64,000 nt of DNA. Source: an uncultured archaeon. Its GTDB lineage: Archaea > Asgardarchaeota > Thorarchaeia > Thorarchaeales > Thorarchaeaceae. Shown here in pieces: positions 18,389 through 28,201 of this stretch; positions within the stretch are counted from its first letter, which is position 1; the number at the start of each line of letters is the position of its first letter. Where the stretch lies: contig CAZLEV010000001.1 in the NCBI GenBank assembly GCA_964558645.1, forward strand, positions 349,568 through 413,567. Direction: 5' to 3'. Position numbers and translations under genes: made by a program. The notes beneath the pieces were generated by a model, which saw nothing but the letters and a program-made list of their open reading frames with translations, was not told the origin of the DNA and made no database searches.

Positions 18389-20275
18389 ATGAGAATGCTC
18401 CAGATACACTCTGACGGATTCTCTTACGAGACCAAGAGAAAAGCGATCAAATCTGCAGAAGAGGTAGAATCTGACAAGTATGAGACTGATGAATCATGCC
18501 TTGTCAACTTCATAGCAGCAGAGACCTCAGACCAGAGCGACATCGCGACAGCGTCTCAGATGACTGCCGACATGATTGCGGCCGCAGCAGATGAAGTCAA
18601 GGAGAAGAACATCGTTGTCTACCCATGGGTGCATCTGAGTGAATCTCCCTCTCGGCCTGATGTGGCATTGAAGCTTCTTCGGAGTGTTTCTAAGATTCTC
18701 TCCGAGAAGGGATATAATGTGGTTAGGGTTCCTTTTGGCTGGTACAAGTCATTTGGGATACACTGCAAGGGCCATCCGCTGGCCGAACGGTCAAAGGTGC
18801 TAGACGTTACCACCATGTCTGTAGAGGATGCCGACCAGACCATGGGCGAGGACCTTACAGCCCTCAAAGCCGAAGAGAGTGCCGCCTCGAATTTCTACAT
18901 CATACAACCGGACGGAGAGCTGACTGAATATGATCGATTCGACTATAGCGGATACGAGGAACTGAGGCTCTATGTCAACTATGAGACCGCAAAGGATCGT
19001 ACTGCTCACGATCCTCCGCCCCATATTGACTTGATGAAGAGTCTCGAGCTTGTGGACTATGAACCGGGTTCAGATGCAGGGAACTTCAGGTGGCCACCAC
19101 GCGGCTTCACACTGAAGAAGGCAGTGGAGAAGAGAGTCGTCCAGGAAATGCTAGACTATGGTGCACACATTGTTCAGACCCCCTTGGTTTACGACTACGC
19201 ACACCCCTCGCTGAAGTCTTATCTGCAGCGATTTCCATCAAGACAGTATGTGGTCAGGTCTGGTACCAGTGACTACTTCATGCGGTTCTCTGCGTGCTTT
19301 GGCCAGTTTCTCATGTTATCTCAGGCGCAAGTGTCGTACAGGCAGCTTCCCCTCAAGATGTTTGAGATTGCTCCGTCGTATCGCCGCGAGCAGAGCGGTG
19401 AGCTTGCCGGGATGAGACGTCCTCGGGCCTTTACGATGCCGGACATCCATGAATTTGTTGCTGACGAGGAGATGGCGATGGCTTCCGTATTGAATCAGAT
19501 GGAGTTCGTTGGTAAGCTGATGGATGAGCTTGACGTTGACTATGAGGTCTCTTTCAGAATTTTGAAGTCCTTCTATGATGAGAATGAGGATTTTGTCAAG
19601 AAGGTTGTCAAGATGATTGGGAAGCCTGTGATGCTTGAGATATTCGAAGAGCGGTACGCCTACTTCGTATTCAAAGGCGAATGGAATGTGGTTGATGAGC
19701 AGGAGAAAGCAGCATGTCTGGCAACCGTACAGATAGATGTTGAGAATGCAGAACGATTTGATATCTCGTATGTTGATGAGAATGGTGAGCAGAGACGGCC
19801 TCTCATTCTTCACACATCTCCTTCAGGCTCGATTGAGCGTATTCTCTACGGCGTGTTGGAGCAAGCCCACAAAGACATGAAACGGGGCAAGAAGCCCATG
19901 TTGCCTCTTTGGATGTCCCCGGTACAGGTGAGGTTTGTTCCTGTGGATGACAGCAATCTGGAGCACTGTCTTGAACTTGGATCAGAGCTGGACAGCGCGA
20001 AGATACGGTACGAAATTGATGACCGGCAGCTCACGGTAGGGAAGAAGATACGCGCATCTGAGAAGCTATGGACCCCATATACAGTTGTCATCGGGGATAA
20101 GGAAGAAGAGAGCGGTAAGATTTCAGTACGCAGAAGGGCTGAGGGCGATCAGGTCAAGATGACGCTCGATGAACTCATAGCGGAGATTGATGGGAAGACC
20201 CAGTTTGCTCCGAAGCAGCGACTCTTGCTTCCTAGTCTAGTTTCCAAACAGGCCATATTCTCGCGAGAGGTCTGA
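18389..20275 (+). CDS. thrS: Threonine--tRNA ligase, archaeal type
   Basis: Archaeal editing domain (LQIHSD, YPWVHLS, PFGWYK, CKGHPLAE), RFSACFG, YRREQSGEL, MPDIH, ILHTS and an anticodon-binding domain. Confidence 0.97.
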   Translation: MRMLQIHSDGFSYETKRKAIKSAEEVESDKYETDESCLVNFIAAETSDQSDIATASQMTADMIAAAADEVKEKNIVVYPWVHLSESPSRPDVALKLLRSVSKILSEKGYNVVRVPFGWYKSFGIHCKGHPLAERSKVLDVTTMSVEDADQTMGEDLTALKAEESAASNFYIIQPDGELTEYDRFDYSGYEELRLYVNYETAKDRTAHDPPPHIDLMKSLELVDYEPGSDAGNFRWPPRGFTLKKAVEKRVVQEMLDYGAHIVQTPLVYDYAHPSLKSYLQRFPSRQYVVRSGTSDYFMRFSACFGQFLMLSQAQVSYRQLPLKMFEIAPSYRREQSGELAGMRRPRAFTMPDIHEFVADEEMAMASVLNQMEFVGKLMDELDVDYEVSFRILKSFYDENEDFVKKVVKMIGKPVMLEIFEERYAYFVFKGEWNVVDEQEKAACLATVQIDVENAERFDISYVDENGEQRRPLILHTSPSGSIERILYGVLEQAHKDMKRGKKPMLPLWMSPVQVRFVPVDDSNLEHCLELGSELDSAKIRYEIDDRQLTVGKKIRASEKLWTPYTVVIGDKEEESGKISVRRRAEGDQVKMTLDELIAEIDGKTQFAPKQRLLLPSLVSKQAIFSREV

Positions 20276-20341
20276 AAACGGGACATCCCAGCACGCGACG
20301 ATACTGTTAATAGCTCGCTTGCCATTTGGTATTCTGCTGGG

Positions 20342-21493
20342 GTGTATCTGGTGAGAGTACTGGTTCTGGGTTCCGGCTTGATGGGCTCGGCAGCTGCTTT
20401 TGATCTTGCTCGTAACGATGATGTTGAAGGGGTTATTGTTGCTGATATTGACCTAGGTTCAGCAGAAGCAGTTGCAAAAAAACTCGGCTCAAAGGTTGAG
20501 GCTCGAAAGGTTGATGCAACCAAGAAAGCCGATCTGGTGGAGGTCTTCTCCGATGTTGATGCTGTTGTGAGTTGTGTCAGCTACAAAGTCAATCTGCTTC
20601 ACACAGAAGCAGCAATTGAGACCGCCACTCATCTCTGCGACCTTGGGGGCAATTTCAAGGTTGTCGAGAAACAATTGGAGCTAGACTCTCAAGCCAAAGA
20701 TGCAGGCATCACAGTTGTTCCCGATTGCGGTCTCGCACCTGGGATGGTGAATGTGCTCGTGGGGGACGGAATAAGTTATCTGGATAAGACGGATTGTGTC
20801 CGGATAAGAGTTGGAGGTCTTCCACAGAAACCTAGACCCCCCCTCAATTATGCAATGGTATTCTCAGTAGAGGGGCTCATCAATGAGTATGTCGAACCCT
20901 GCATGGTTCTGAGAGATGGCAAAATTACGTATGAAGACCCTCTCGTGGGCTTTGAACAGGTAGAGTTTCCTGACCCATTCGGCAGACTGGAAACCTTCAA
21001 CACAAGTGGTGGCACCTCAACCCTTCCTCTGACATACGAGGGTGTTGTGGACAATCTTGATTACAAAACGATTCGCTATCCCGGACACGGCCATACAATG
21101 TGGGTCCTCATGAAGCTTGGTCTGATGGACAGCAATCAGTATGACTTTGATGGCATCAAAATATCTCCCAGGGCCGTGCTTGAAGGCATCCTCGCCAAGA
21201 ACCTTCCAAAGGCCGAGAAGGATGTGACTCTTATGCGAATATCTATCGAGGGTTGGAAGGGAACAGAATCACGCAAGCTCGAGTACAACATGGTTGACTA
21301 CTATGACGATGAAACTGGTCTCACCTCGATGATGCGAACGACAGCCTTCCCTGCGACCACGACTGCTGTCATGCTCGCTGACGGCAGAGTGAAGGAGAGC
21401 GGTGTGCTTCCCCCAGAACGCGTGATTCCTCCGGAGCCGTTCATTGATGCTTTGAGAGCGAAGGGCATCGATATAGAGAAGCGTGTTGTCTAA
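20342..21493 (+). CDS. Saccharopine dehydrogenase / lysine 6-dehydrogenase family
   Basis: GSGLMG, DLGGN, DCGLAPG, VGGLPQ, EGLINEY, TSGGTST and KTIRYPGH motifs. Confidence 0.9.
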   Translation: MYLVRVLVLGSGLMGSAAAFDLARNDDVEGVIVADIDLGSAEAVAKKLGSKVEARKVDATKKADLVEVFSDVDAVVSCVSYKVNLLHTEAAIETATHLCDLGGNFKVVEKQLELDSQAKDAGITVVPDCGLAPGMVNVLVGDGISYLDKTDCVRIRVGGLPQKPRPPLNYAMVFSVEGLINEYVEPCMVLRDGKITYEDPLVGFEQVEFPDPFGRLETFNTSGGTSTLPLTYEGVVDNLDYKTIRYPGHGHTMWVLMKLGLMDSNQYDFDGIKISPRAVLEGILAKNLPKAEKDVTLMRISIEGWKGTESRKLEYNMVDYYDDETGLTSMMRTTAFPATTTAVMLADGRVKESGVLPPERVIPPEPFIDALRAKGIDIEKRVV

Positions 21494-21543
21494 CTGGGAG
21501 GATTAATCAGAGACCACGCCTCTGCAAAGTCTAGGCAATCACA

Positions 21544-22767
21544 ATGAGTGAATACTCCGACATATATGACAGGATTCGGAATGCTGTTGAAGTGATAGCT
21601 GACATCGCGCGAGTTACTCCTCTAGATCGTTCCTACACTTTCAGCAAGATGAGCGGGGGAGAGGTCTACCTGAAGCTTGAGAATCTTCAGAAGACAGGCT
21701 CGTTCAAGGTCCGAGGAGCATCTTATGCTATCTCGCAGCTGAGCGATTCGGAAAAGAAGGCAGGGGTTGTCGCTGCATCTGCTGGCAATCACGCCCAAGG
21801 TGTTGCCCATGCTGCGACCCGTCTGGGTATCAAATCTAAGATTGTGATGCCGGTGTTCTCTCCCGTGGCCAAGATTCAGGCAACAAAAGGTTACGGTGCC
21901 GAAGTTGTCCTTCACGGAACAACCTTTGATGAATCACTTGAACATGTCTATGAGATTGCTGAGACTACGAGCGCTACCTTTCTTCATCCGTTCAACGACA
22001 AGAACGTAATTGCTGGTCAGGGAACAATAGGGCTGGAGATAATCCAAGCACTGCCCGAAGTGGATGTGATAGCTGTACCAGTTGGCGGGGGTGGGCTTGT
22101 GAGCGGGATTGCGATAGCTGTCAAGACGCAGAAACCCGACGTAGAGATTTATGGAGTTGAAGCGTCTAATGCAGCCGCGATGAGGAGATCAATGCAGATC
22201 GGTGAACCTACATCTATTGAAGGATTGGATACCATAGCAGATGGCATTGCAGTTAAGAAACCGGGAAGGCTGACCTACGGCATTGCAAGAGATCTTCTCA
22301 CCGATGTGGTGACCGTCGAAGAGCTCGAGATTACTCGGACGTTGTTTCATCTACTAGAGCGTGCAAAGCTTGTTGTAGAACCCGCAGGTTGTGTGGGCCT
22401 TGCTGCTCTCCAACATCATAAGATAGACATTGAGGGAAAGAACGCCGTTGCAGTCTTGTCTGGAGGAAATGTTGACATGAGCTTTCTCTCCCGTGTTATT
22501 GACAAGGAACTCTTCAGATTAGGACGACGAGTCCGTGTGCGAGGCTGCATCTTGGATCGGATTGGAACCTTGAACAAAGTGCTGAGCGTTGTGGCTGAGT
22601 CTGGCGTGAGTCTAGTAGAGGTAACACACGACAGGGCGGATCCAGACATTGCACCGAATAAGGCTGAGCTAGAAATCACACTTGAGGTGGCTGACGAAGC
22701 CGCGTTGACAGGGATGCTCAAACTCTTGAAGAAACGCGGAATGGACTTTGAGGTCTTCGAGGACTGA
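21544..22767 (+). CDS. ilvA: Threonine ammonia-lyase with C-terminal ACT domain
   Basis: KLENLQKTGSFKVRG (PLP lysine), SAGNHAQG, PVGGGGL, SGGNVD and a single ACT domain. Confidence 0.93.
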   Translation: MSEYSDIYDRIRNAVEVIADIARVTPLDRSYTFSKMSGGEVYLKLENLQKTGSFKVRGASYAISQLSDSEKKAGVVAASAGNHAQGVAHAATRLGIKSKIVMPVFSPVAKIQATKGYGAEVVLHGTTFDESLEHVYEIAETTSATFLHPFNDKNVIAGQGTIGLEIIQALPEVDVIAVPVGGGGLVSGIAIAVKTQKPDVEIYGVEASNAAAMRRSMQIGEPTSIEGLDTIADGIAVKKPGRLTYGIARDLLTDVVTVEELEITRTLFHLLERAKLVVEPAGCVGLAALQHHKIDIEGKNAVAVLSGGNVDMSFLSRVIDKELFRLGRRVRVRGCILDRIGTLNKVLSVVAESGVSLVEVTHDRADPDIAPNKAELEITLEVADEAALTGMLKLLKKRGMDFEVFED

Positions 22768-22810
22768 TGTTGGAGCACTGTGAAAGGGACGGCCTGTCTG
22801 CTGTTGTGAC

Positions 22811-24550
22811 CTAGATTAGAGGAATAGCGGAAATCATAACCCAGGCTAGGATGAAGGCACTGGTGAATATGGCTGGCCAAGGATTGTCCATGCATTCTGC
22901 AGACCATGCAATCAGGACAGTAGTCAATGAAGACACGATGATGAAGAGCATTACCAGAAGCCCGAGCAATACCATGGGTCCAGCTATGTATCCAAGAGCA
23001 GTTGTTGCGGCAACCATGACCGCAGCGGCGAGAGCAGATGCCGCTAGTCTACCTATCAGAGAGAAGACCATCTTCTTTGAGAAACTCTTGCCATTCCAAT
23101 CTCTGTCCACAAAGAGCAGACCTTTGATCCAGACTGTGTCCGCGACGAAGAATGGAATTGCGATGAGTGACAGGATTACTACGTTAGTGAACCGCATTCC
23201 CACAGGATATCGAACCATTGAAAACACGGTCCAAGGTTCCATTTGGTCCGGCAGTCCACCAAGGGCCATCCATCCAATCAACCAGGCAATCGCGATGAGA
23301 GCCACTACAGCTCCTTTTCCGACGTCCTGAATCAGGTGTGAGGTCTTGCCGTGCACATTGGCTCTTCTTATCACTAATTCTAGACCATCTCTGCCAAGGC
23401 TGAGCCGTATCCCAAGAAATATGCTGATGGTTGCAAAGATGAAGAACAAAGCCATACCTGTGGCAAACATCGAGTTGGGCCAATAAAGTCCGGCACTCTC
23501 CAGTATGAAGGTGGCATAGGATGCGACCCCAAAGACAATGATTATTGCGGCTCCTATGATGGTGCTTATCATGACCGACTCGCGTGTAGTGGCCGGTACC
23601 TCTTCTGGCTGGTCGCTCTTCCGTCCTCCCACCAAGGTTGGACCAATCAACGCGAGTAATGGAATGGTTGACACTAGCAAGGCGAAAACGCCAGTCGCCG
23701 TCGCTAACACTTTGTAGGCGAAGATCTGATCTGTGGGGTCTCGTGTTCGACTGAGTTGCTGTTCACCCTGCACGCCTCTCACAAGCCACGTTGTGGACTC
23801 TCTGACAATCGTTGTGTCAATAGCCGCAAACACGTGATCTGTTGGTGCCAGAGCAAGCTTGTACGCTGTACCGTCACTGAAAGACCCATACATTACATCT
23901 TCGCGGGCGGATTCGTTCCCGGTTGCTGTTCTTATCGCCTCACGTGCCACATGGGGGGCTATCATCTCGTCGTATTGACCAAGTGCGATTAGCAGGTTCC
24001 CAGGGTACTCTATGTCATTCCCAAGACCCATATCTGCTACGGCTCCTACGGCAACGTGTACACTGGGCGCATTGTCAAAATGACTCAATGCCATTGATAC
24101 CTGGAATCCCATTGAATGGGTCAGTACTCCGTATACGGAGCTATTGACGCCCGGCCTCTGCTGAACGAACTCTACAGCTGCAAGGCAGTCCAATGCCATG
24201 TTATTGAAGTCACTCACCTCGAATGAGAGCAATGAATCGCCATGGCCGGGAAGGTCTACTGAAACGACTGTGAAATTCCTTCTGGCCAGTTCTATGTTGA
24301 AGGAGTACATCCCCTCTTTTGAACCAGCAATTCCGTGGGTTGTCAGGACCAAAGGAAGCGGTCCTTCGAAGGTTGGACGTTTCGGAGAGTAGATCATGAA
24401 GTCAACTGGTCTGCCTGGTTCCCTCTCTATGACATGACGTTCTATGGTCAGTTCCCCTAGTCCCCTATCTGTTGTCCACGAAAGATAGAGCGATGAGGCA
24501 ATGACGATTGATAGTATTAGTAGTGAGTATAGATGAACCTGCTTGTCCAA
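22811..24550 (-). CDS. Alpha/beta hydrolase fused to a multi-TM C-terminal domain
   Basis: N-terminal TM, HG oxyanion motif, DLPGHG, THSMG nucleophile, YDE and DH triad candidates, then about 7-8 TM helices. Confidence 0.8.
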   Translation of the reverse strand: MDKQVHLYSLLILSIVIASSLYLSWTTDRGLGELTIERHVIEREPGRPVDFMIYSPKRPTFEGPLPLVLTTHGIAGSKEGMYSFNIELARRNFTVVSVDLPGHGDSLLSFEVSDFNNMALDCLAAVEFVQQRPGVNSSVYGVLTHSMGFQVSMALSHFDNAPSVHVAVGAVADMGLGNDIEYPGNLLIALGQYDEMIAPHVAREAIRTATGNESAREDVMYGSFSDGTAYKLALAPTDHVFAAIDTTIVRESTTWLVRGVQGEQQLSRTRDPTDQIFAYKVLATATGVFALLVSTIPLLALIGPTLVGGRKSDQPEEVPATTRESVMISTIIGAAIIIVFGVASYATFILESAGLYWPNSMFATGMALFFIFATISIFLGIRLSLGRDGLELVIRRANVHGKTSHLIQDVGKGAVVALIAIAWLIGWMALGGLPDQMEPWTVFSMVRYPVGMRFTNVVILSLIAIPFFVADTVWIKGLLFVDRDWNGKSFSKKMVFSLIGRLAASALAAAVMVAATTALGYIAGPMVLLGLLVMLFIIVSSLTTVLIAWSAECMDNPWPAIFTSAFILAWVMISAIPLI

Positions 24551-24662
24551 GAGTGGTCCCCCAGACTAACGGCACCCTCTTGGTGCTCTACATAAGCATA
24601 GCGGTAACGTACAAGTATCTGAATGAAACAGCGTTCATCTCAGGGAGTCGCAGACGGAGGAA

Positions 24663-24685
24663 AGGCGGGGCACGGTACCCCGCTT
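24663..24685 (-). terminator. GC-rich stem-loop after the Thr dehydrogenase gene
   Basis: Minus strand reads AAGCGGGG-TACCGTG-CCCCGCCT followed by pyrimidines, 17 nt after the stop. Confidence 0.5.
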
Positions 24686-24702
24686 GTGTTGGCCTGGCTC
24701 AG

Positions 24703-25659
24703 TTAATAGTCGATTCCAAGTCGTTTGGAGAGGGTCTTCAGCATGTCCTCAGTCATAGCTGCGAGATCATATTCAGGTTCCCATCCCCATTCCTCTTGTG
24801 CTGCGCTGTCATCGATTGAACTTGGCCACGACTCTGCAATCTCTTGTCGATAGTCTGGCTCATAGTTCATTTCGAAGTCGGGGATGTGTTTCTTGATCTC
24901 ACTCGCGATATCCTCAGGCGTGAAGCTCATCGCTGTGATGTTAAAGCTTCGATGCTTCAGAGTTGACTCGTTTGCCTCCATGAGGTCGATTGTGCACTTC
25001 AGGCAATCAGGCATGTACATCATGGGCAGCATCGTGTCCTTCTTCAGGAAAGACGTGTATTTTTTGTTCTTCAGGGCCTCGTAGAATATCTCGACGGCGT
25101 AATCAGTAGTCCCTCCGCCAGGCAACGCCTCAGAGCTGATGATGCCAGGGTATCTCAGTGAACGGAAGTCAACGTTGAATCGTTTTGCATAGTATTCGCC
25201 GAGCAACTCGATGAAGACCTTGGTGACGCCGTACATGCTTGTTGGTCGCATGATAACGTCGTTTGGAGTGTTCTCCTTGGGTGTGCTGGGGCCGAAGGCG
25301 GCAATGGAACTTGGGATTTGCACTTGATCCAGCTTCAGAACTCGTGCCGCCTCCAGAACATTGTAGCCGCCCTCAACGTTTGTTCTGTAGGCAAGCTGGG
25401 GATTCTTCTCGCCCGTGGCTGAAAGGACTGAAGCGTTGTGGATGATAATGTCAATGTCCTCGTCCACAATCAGCGTATGTAGTTGAGTTGTATCCAGAAC
25501 GTCAAGTCTTCGATAGGGACCATTCCTTTCCAATACCTGTGGGGGCTTCTTTCTGCCTGTTGCCACCACATTTTCGCCTCCGTATCGCTCACGGAGTTCC
25601 ACAACCAGCTCGGTACCAATCTGGCCGTATGAACCTGTAACCAATATCCGCTTTGTCAT
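24703..25659 (-). CDS. L-threonine 3-dehydrogenase (SDR type)
   Basis: TGSYGQIGTEL, LSATGE, PSSIAAFG, MYGVTK, PGGGTTDYAV, LPMMYMPD and RQ.IA.SWP motifs. Confidence 0.9.
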   Translation of the reverse strand: MTKRILVTGSYGQIGTELVVELRERYGGENVVATGRKKPPQVLERNGPYRRLDVLDTTQLHTLIVDEDIDIIIHNASVLSATGEKNPQLAYRTNVEGGYNVLEAARVLKLDQVQIPSSIAAFGPSTPKENTPNDVIMRPTSMYGVTKVFIELLGEYYAKRFNVDFRSLRYPGIISSEALPGGGTTDYAVEIFYEALKNKKYTSFLKKDTMLPMMYMPDCLKCTIDLMEANESTLKHRSFNITAMSFTPEDIASEIKKHIPDFEMNYEPDYRQEIAESWPSSIDDSAAQEEWGWEPEYDLAAMTEDMLKTLSKRLGIDY

Positions 25660-25806
25660 TGTCCAACACTGGGCTGAGGCCAGAAAGTCATACATTAAAG
25701 GGTTGTGCCTAAGATTATACCTGACTATTCGCCTTCCTCATTCTCGAATGCGTTCATCGATCTCTCCTGCCGATTCACCGCCTTTATGAGTGGCCTATCC
25801 TTCTAG

Positions 25807-27195
25807 ATGGCTATGCAAGAGTACGATCTCATTGTTATAGGTGGAGGAACTGGAAACCATATTACCTGTGAGGGACAGAAGGCAGGCTTGGCCGTAGCTC
25901 TGATTGAGCCCGGCCCGCTGGGTGGCACATGCTTGAATCGGGGTTGTGTCCCGAGTAAGATGCTCATCTATCCTTCTGATGTGATAATGGAGGCAGAGCG
26001 GGCAAAGTCGATAGATACAAATCTGACTTACAAAGGTACAGACTTTCGGTCACTTATGGAACGTGTGGTTGAGCGCGCAGAAAGGGCTAGCCGGAAGAAA
26101 GCTGAATACGTGAATGCAGCTGATAACTACCACTGGTTTCAGAAGGAGTGCGAGTTCATAGATGAGTACGTACTTGATGTGAGTGGGCAAGAGATTACTG
26201 CGCCCCAGATTGTGATTGCCTCAGGAACGCGGCCTGTGGTTCCTCCGATTGACGGGTTGAAATCCGTAGACTACCTGGATAACAGGTCGGTTCTCAATCT
26301 TCGTGAACAACCCAAGTCCATTGCCATGATTGGCGGAGGGTACATTGCAGTTGAGTACGGGCACTTCTTCAGTGCTATAGGTACCGACGTGACAATAATC
26401 GGGCGAAGTTCACATCTCGTGGAAAACGAGGACGAGGAGGCCTCCGAGATCCTTGAAAAGAACCTTTCAAGGCGAATGAGGGTTCTCACATCACATGAGG
26501 CTGTGAAGGTTTCGCAGAGCGGATCCATGAAACATGTCACTGCAGTAAATGTAGACAGTGGGGAGGAATTGGAAGTGGAGGTTCAAGAAGTGATGTTGGC
26601 TGCTGGACGGCGCCCCAATTCCGACAGAGTAAAGCCCGAGAATTCTGGAGTCAAGATCGATGACCATGGATTTGTCGAAACTGATGAGTATCTTCGAACG
26701 AACAAGAAGGGAATCTGGTCAGTGGGCGATGCAAACGGTAGGTACCCCCTGAAACACGTCGGAGACCGTGAGGCCGAGATAGTGTGGGAGAATATCCATA
26801 GAACAAGAGCTGGAAGGACCGATCTCGTGGCGATGGACTACTCTGCTATCCCTCGTGCGGTCTTTAGTGATCCACCGATTGCGAGAGTTGGCCTCACTTT
26901 GAACGAGGCAAGGAAATCGAAGACGAAAATCATGGTTGGTGTTTCAAACTACACCGATGTTGCAAAAGGCGATGCACTGGGGGGACCACCCGGCTTCTGT
27001 AGAATCATCGTTGATAGCCAAAGCGACCGGATACTGGGTGCAACCATAGTCGGCCCTGATGCTCCGCACCTGATACAATGTATCGTCAACGTCATGCACA
27101 TCGGGGACAGGTCTTACAAGCCACTGGCTGATGCCATCTACATCCATCCCGCACTTCCCGAAGTTGTGAGGGATGCGGCACGGAGCATTCAGTGA
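25807..27195 (+). CDS. Flavoprotein disulfide reductase, paralogue of 11456-12886
   Basis: GGGTG, GGTCLNRGCVPSK, GGGYIAVE and YIHPALPE motifs. Confidence 0.88.
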   Translation: MAMQEYDLIVIGGGTGNHITCEGQKAGLAVALIEPGPLGGTCLNRGCVPSKMLIYPSDVIMEAERAKSIDTNLTYKGTDFRSLMERVVERAERASRKKAEYVNAADNYHWFQKECEFIDEYVLDVSGQEITAPQIVIASGTRPVVPPIDGLKSVDYLDNRSVLNLREQPKSIAMIGGGYIAVEYGHFFSAIGTDVTIIGRSSHLVENEDEEASEILEKNLSRRMRVLTSHEAVKVSQSGSMKHVTAVNVDSGEELEVEVQEVMLAAGRRPNSDRVKPENSGVKIDDHGFVETDEYLRTNKKGIWSVGDANGRYPLKHVGDREAEIVWENIHRTRAGRTDLVAMDYSAIPRAVFSDPPIARVGLTLNEARKSKTKIMVGVSNYTDVAKGDALGGPPGFCRIIVDSQSDRILGATIVGPDAPHLIQCIVNVMHIGDRSYKPLADAIYIHPALPEVVRDAARSIQ

Positions 27196-27241
27196 ATAGA
27201 GAAAGTCCTGTGGCGAGTGTCTTCCTTGTACAGTCGACGTT

Positions 27242-27838
27242 CTAGTCTTGTATCTCATCTAGTCGACGTTCAATCCTCTGGATTTGCTCCTGTAGCTTGC
27301 TGACCATATTCTTCAGGTCTTCAAGATCGCTGCTGGACGTGAGTCGTGTCTGAGACGCCTGTGAGAACTGGGGGTCCAATCCGGCTCCGACGTAGCGCCT
27401 CATGCCTGTTCCCCGAACTCCACCCCGGCCGCCGCCTCTTCCTCTCCCCAATCCGTATCCTCCACCCATACCCATTCCAATGCTCTGTCCCGTAGGTGAA
27501 GCGGTTGGCTTTTCGGCCTGTACATTGCCGCTCTTGAACTGCTCCACTGCCTCCTTCACGGTACCTGACGTTCCCAATGCCACCTCAAGCCCGGCAGCCG
27601 CGAGTGCCTGAGTCGCATTTGGGCCGAGGCTCCCAGTGAGAACAGCCTGTGCTCCTCTTTGGGCCACCATCTGTGCGGCCTGAATGCCTGCTCCTCCTGA
27701 GGCCATTGCTGCGGTGTTCTGAATCGCCTCTGCATGCATGGTATCAGTTTCAACAATCAAGAAATACTGGCATCTTCCGAAACGTGGATCAACTTGGGAG
27801 TTGATATCTGGTCCTGTAGATGATACTGCTACTTTCAT
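27242..27838 (-). CDS. NifB/NifX-like (FeMo-cofactor-binding fold) protein with Gly/Arg-rich segment and coiled-coil tail
   Basis: VDPRFGRCQYF, GAGIQAAQ and G..GPNA motifs, then GMGMGGG..GRGRGGGRGG and a heptad tail. Confidence 0.88.
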   Translation of the reverse strand: MKVAVSSTGPDINSQVDPRFGRCQYFLIVETDTMHAEAIQNTAAMASGGAGIQAAQMVAQRGAQAVLTGSLGPNATQALAAAGLEVALGTSGTVKEAVEQFKSGNVQAEKPTASPTGQSIGMGMGGGYGLGRGRGGGRGGVRGTGMRRYVGAGLDPQFSQASQTRLTSSSDLEDLKNMVSKLQEQIQRIERRLDEIQD

Positions 27839-27872
27839 TGTTACTCTCTCTTCTGTTCCGAACTTCGCATCG

Positions 27873-27908
27873 TTATCTAATTATAGAAACATGCACAAAA
27901 TAAGATAA
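27873..27908. promoter_or_regulatory. Imperfect 36-bp inverted repeat, putative operator
   Basis: TTATCTAATTAT...AAAATAAGATAA; 10 of the outer 12 positions pair. It lies 35 nt upstream of the NifX-like start. Confidence 0.5.
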
Positions 27909-28201
27909 GGCTTGTGTTGTCACAGAAGAGCTTCAGAATCTTGAATACCACCGGATAGACCTTCCGTATCAGTGGTTATCTGGCTGTTTCTTGTGAAGCA
28001 ATAGAGCCCGGATTCGTTTGTCATGTAGTTTCTGCTCTGTGGCCGCGTCGTCGCCTCTGAAAGTATGTCTGCATGGCCTATTTCTGGTGCCCGAAGGTGT
28101 TCTGAAATTATGTGAGAACTCCTAAGGCTCGATTGAATATCTTTAACTCGATGTCTTCCATAGGTTACGGGTGGATGAAACTGAGCTCGGCGTTGACAAG
28201 T

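Noticed and set aside
27242-27838. Evidence for nitrogen fixation
   Set aside because: NifX-like domains are widespread in non-diazotrophs and no nifHDK is present in the window.
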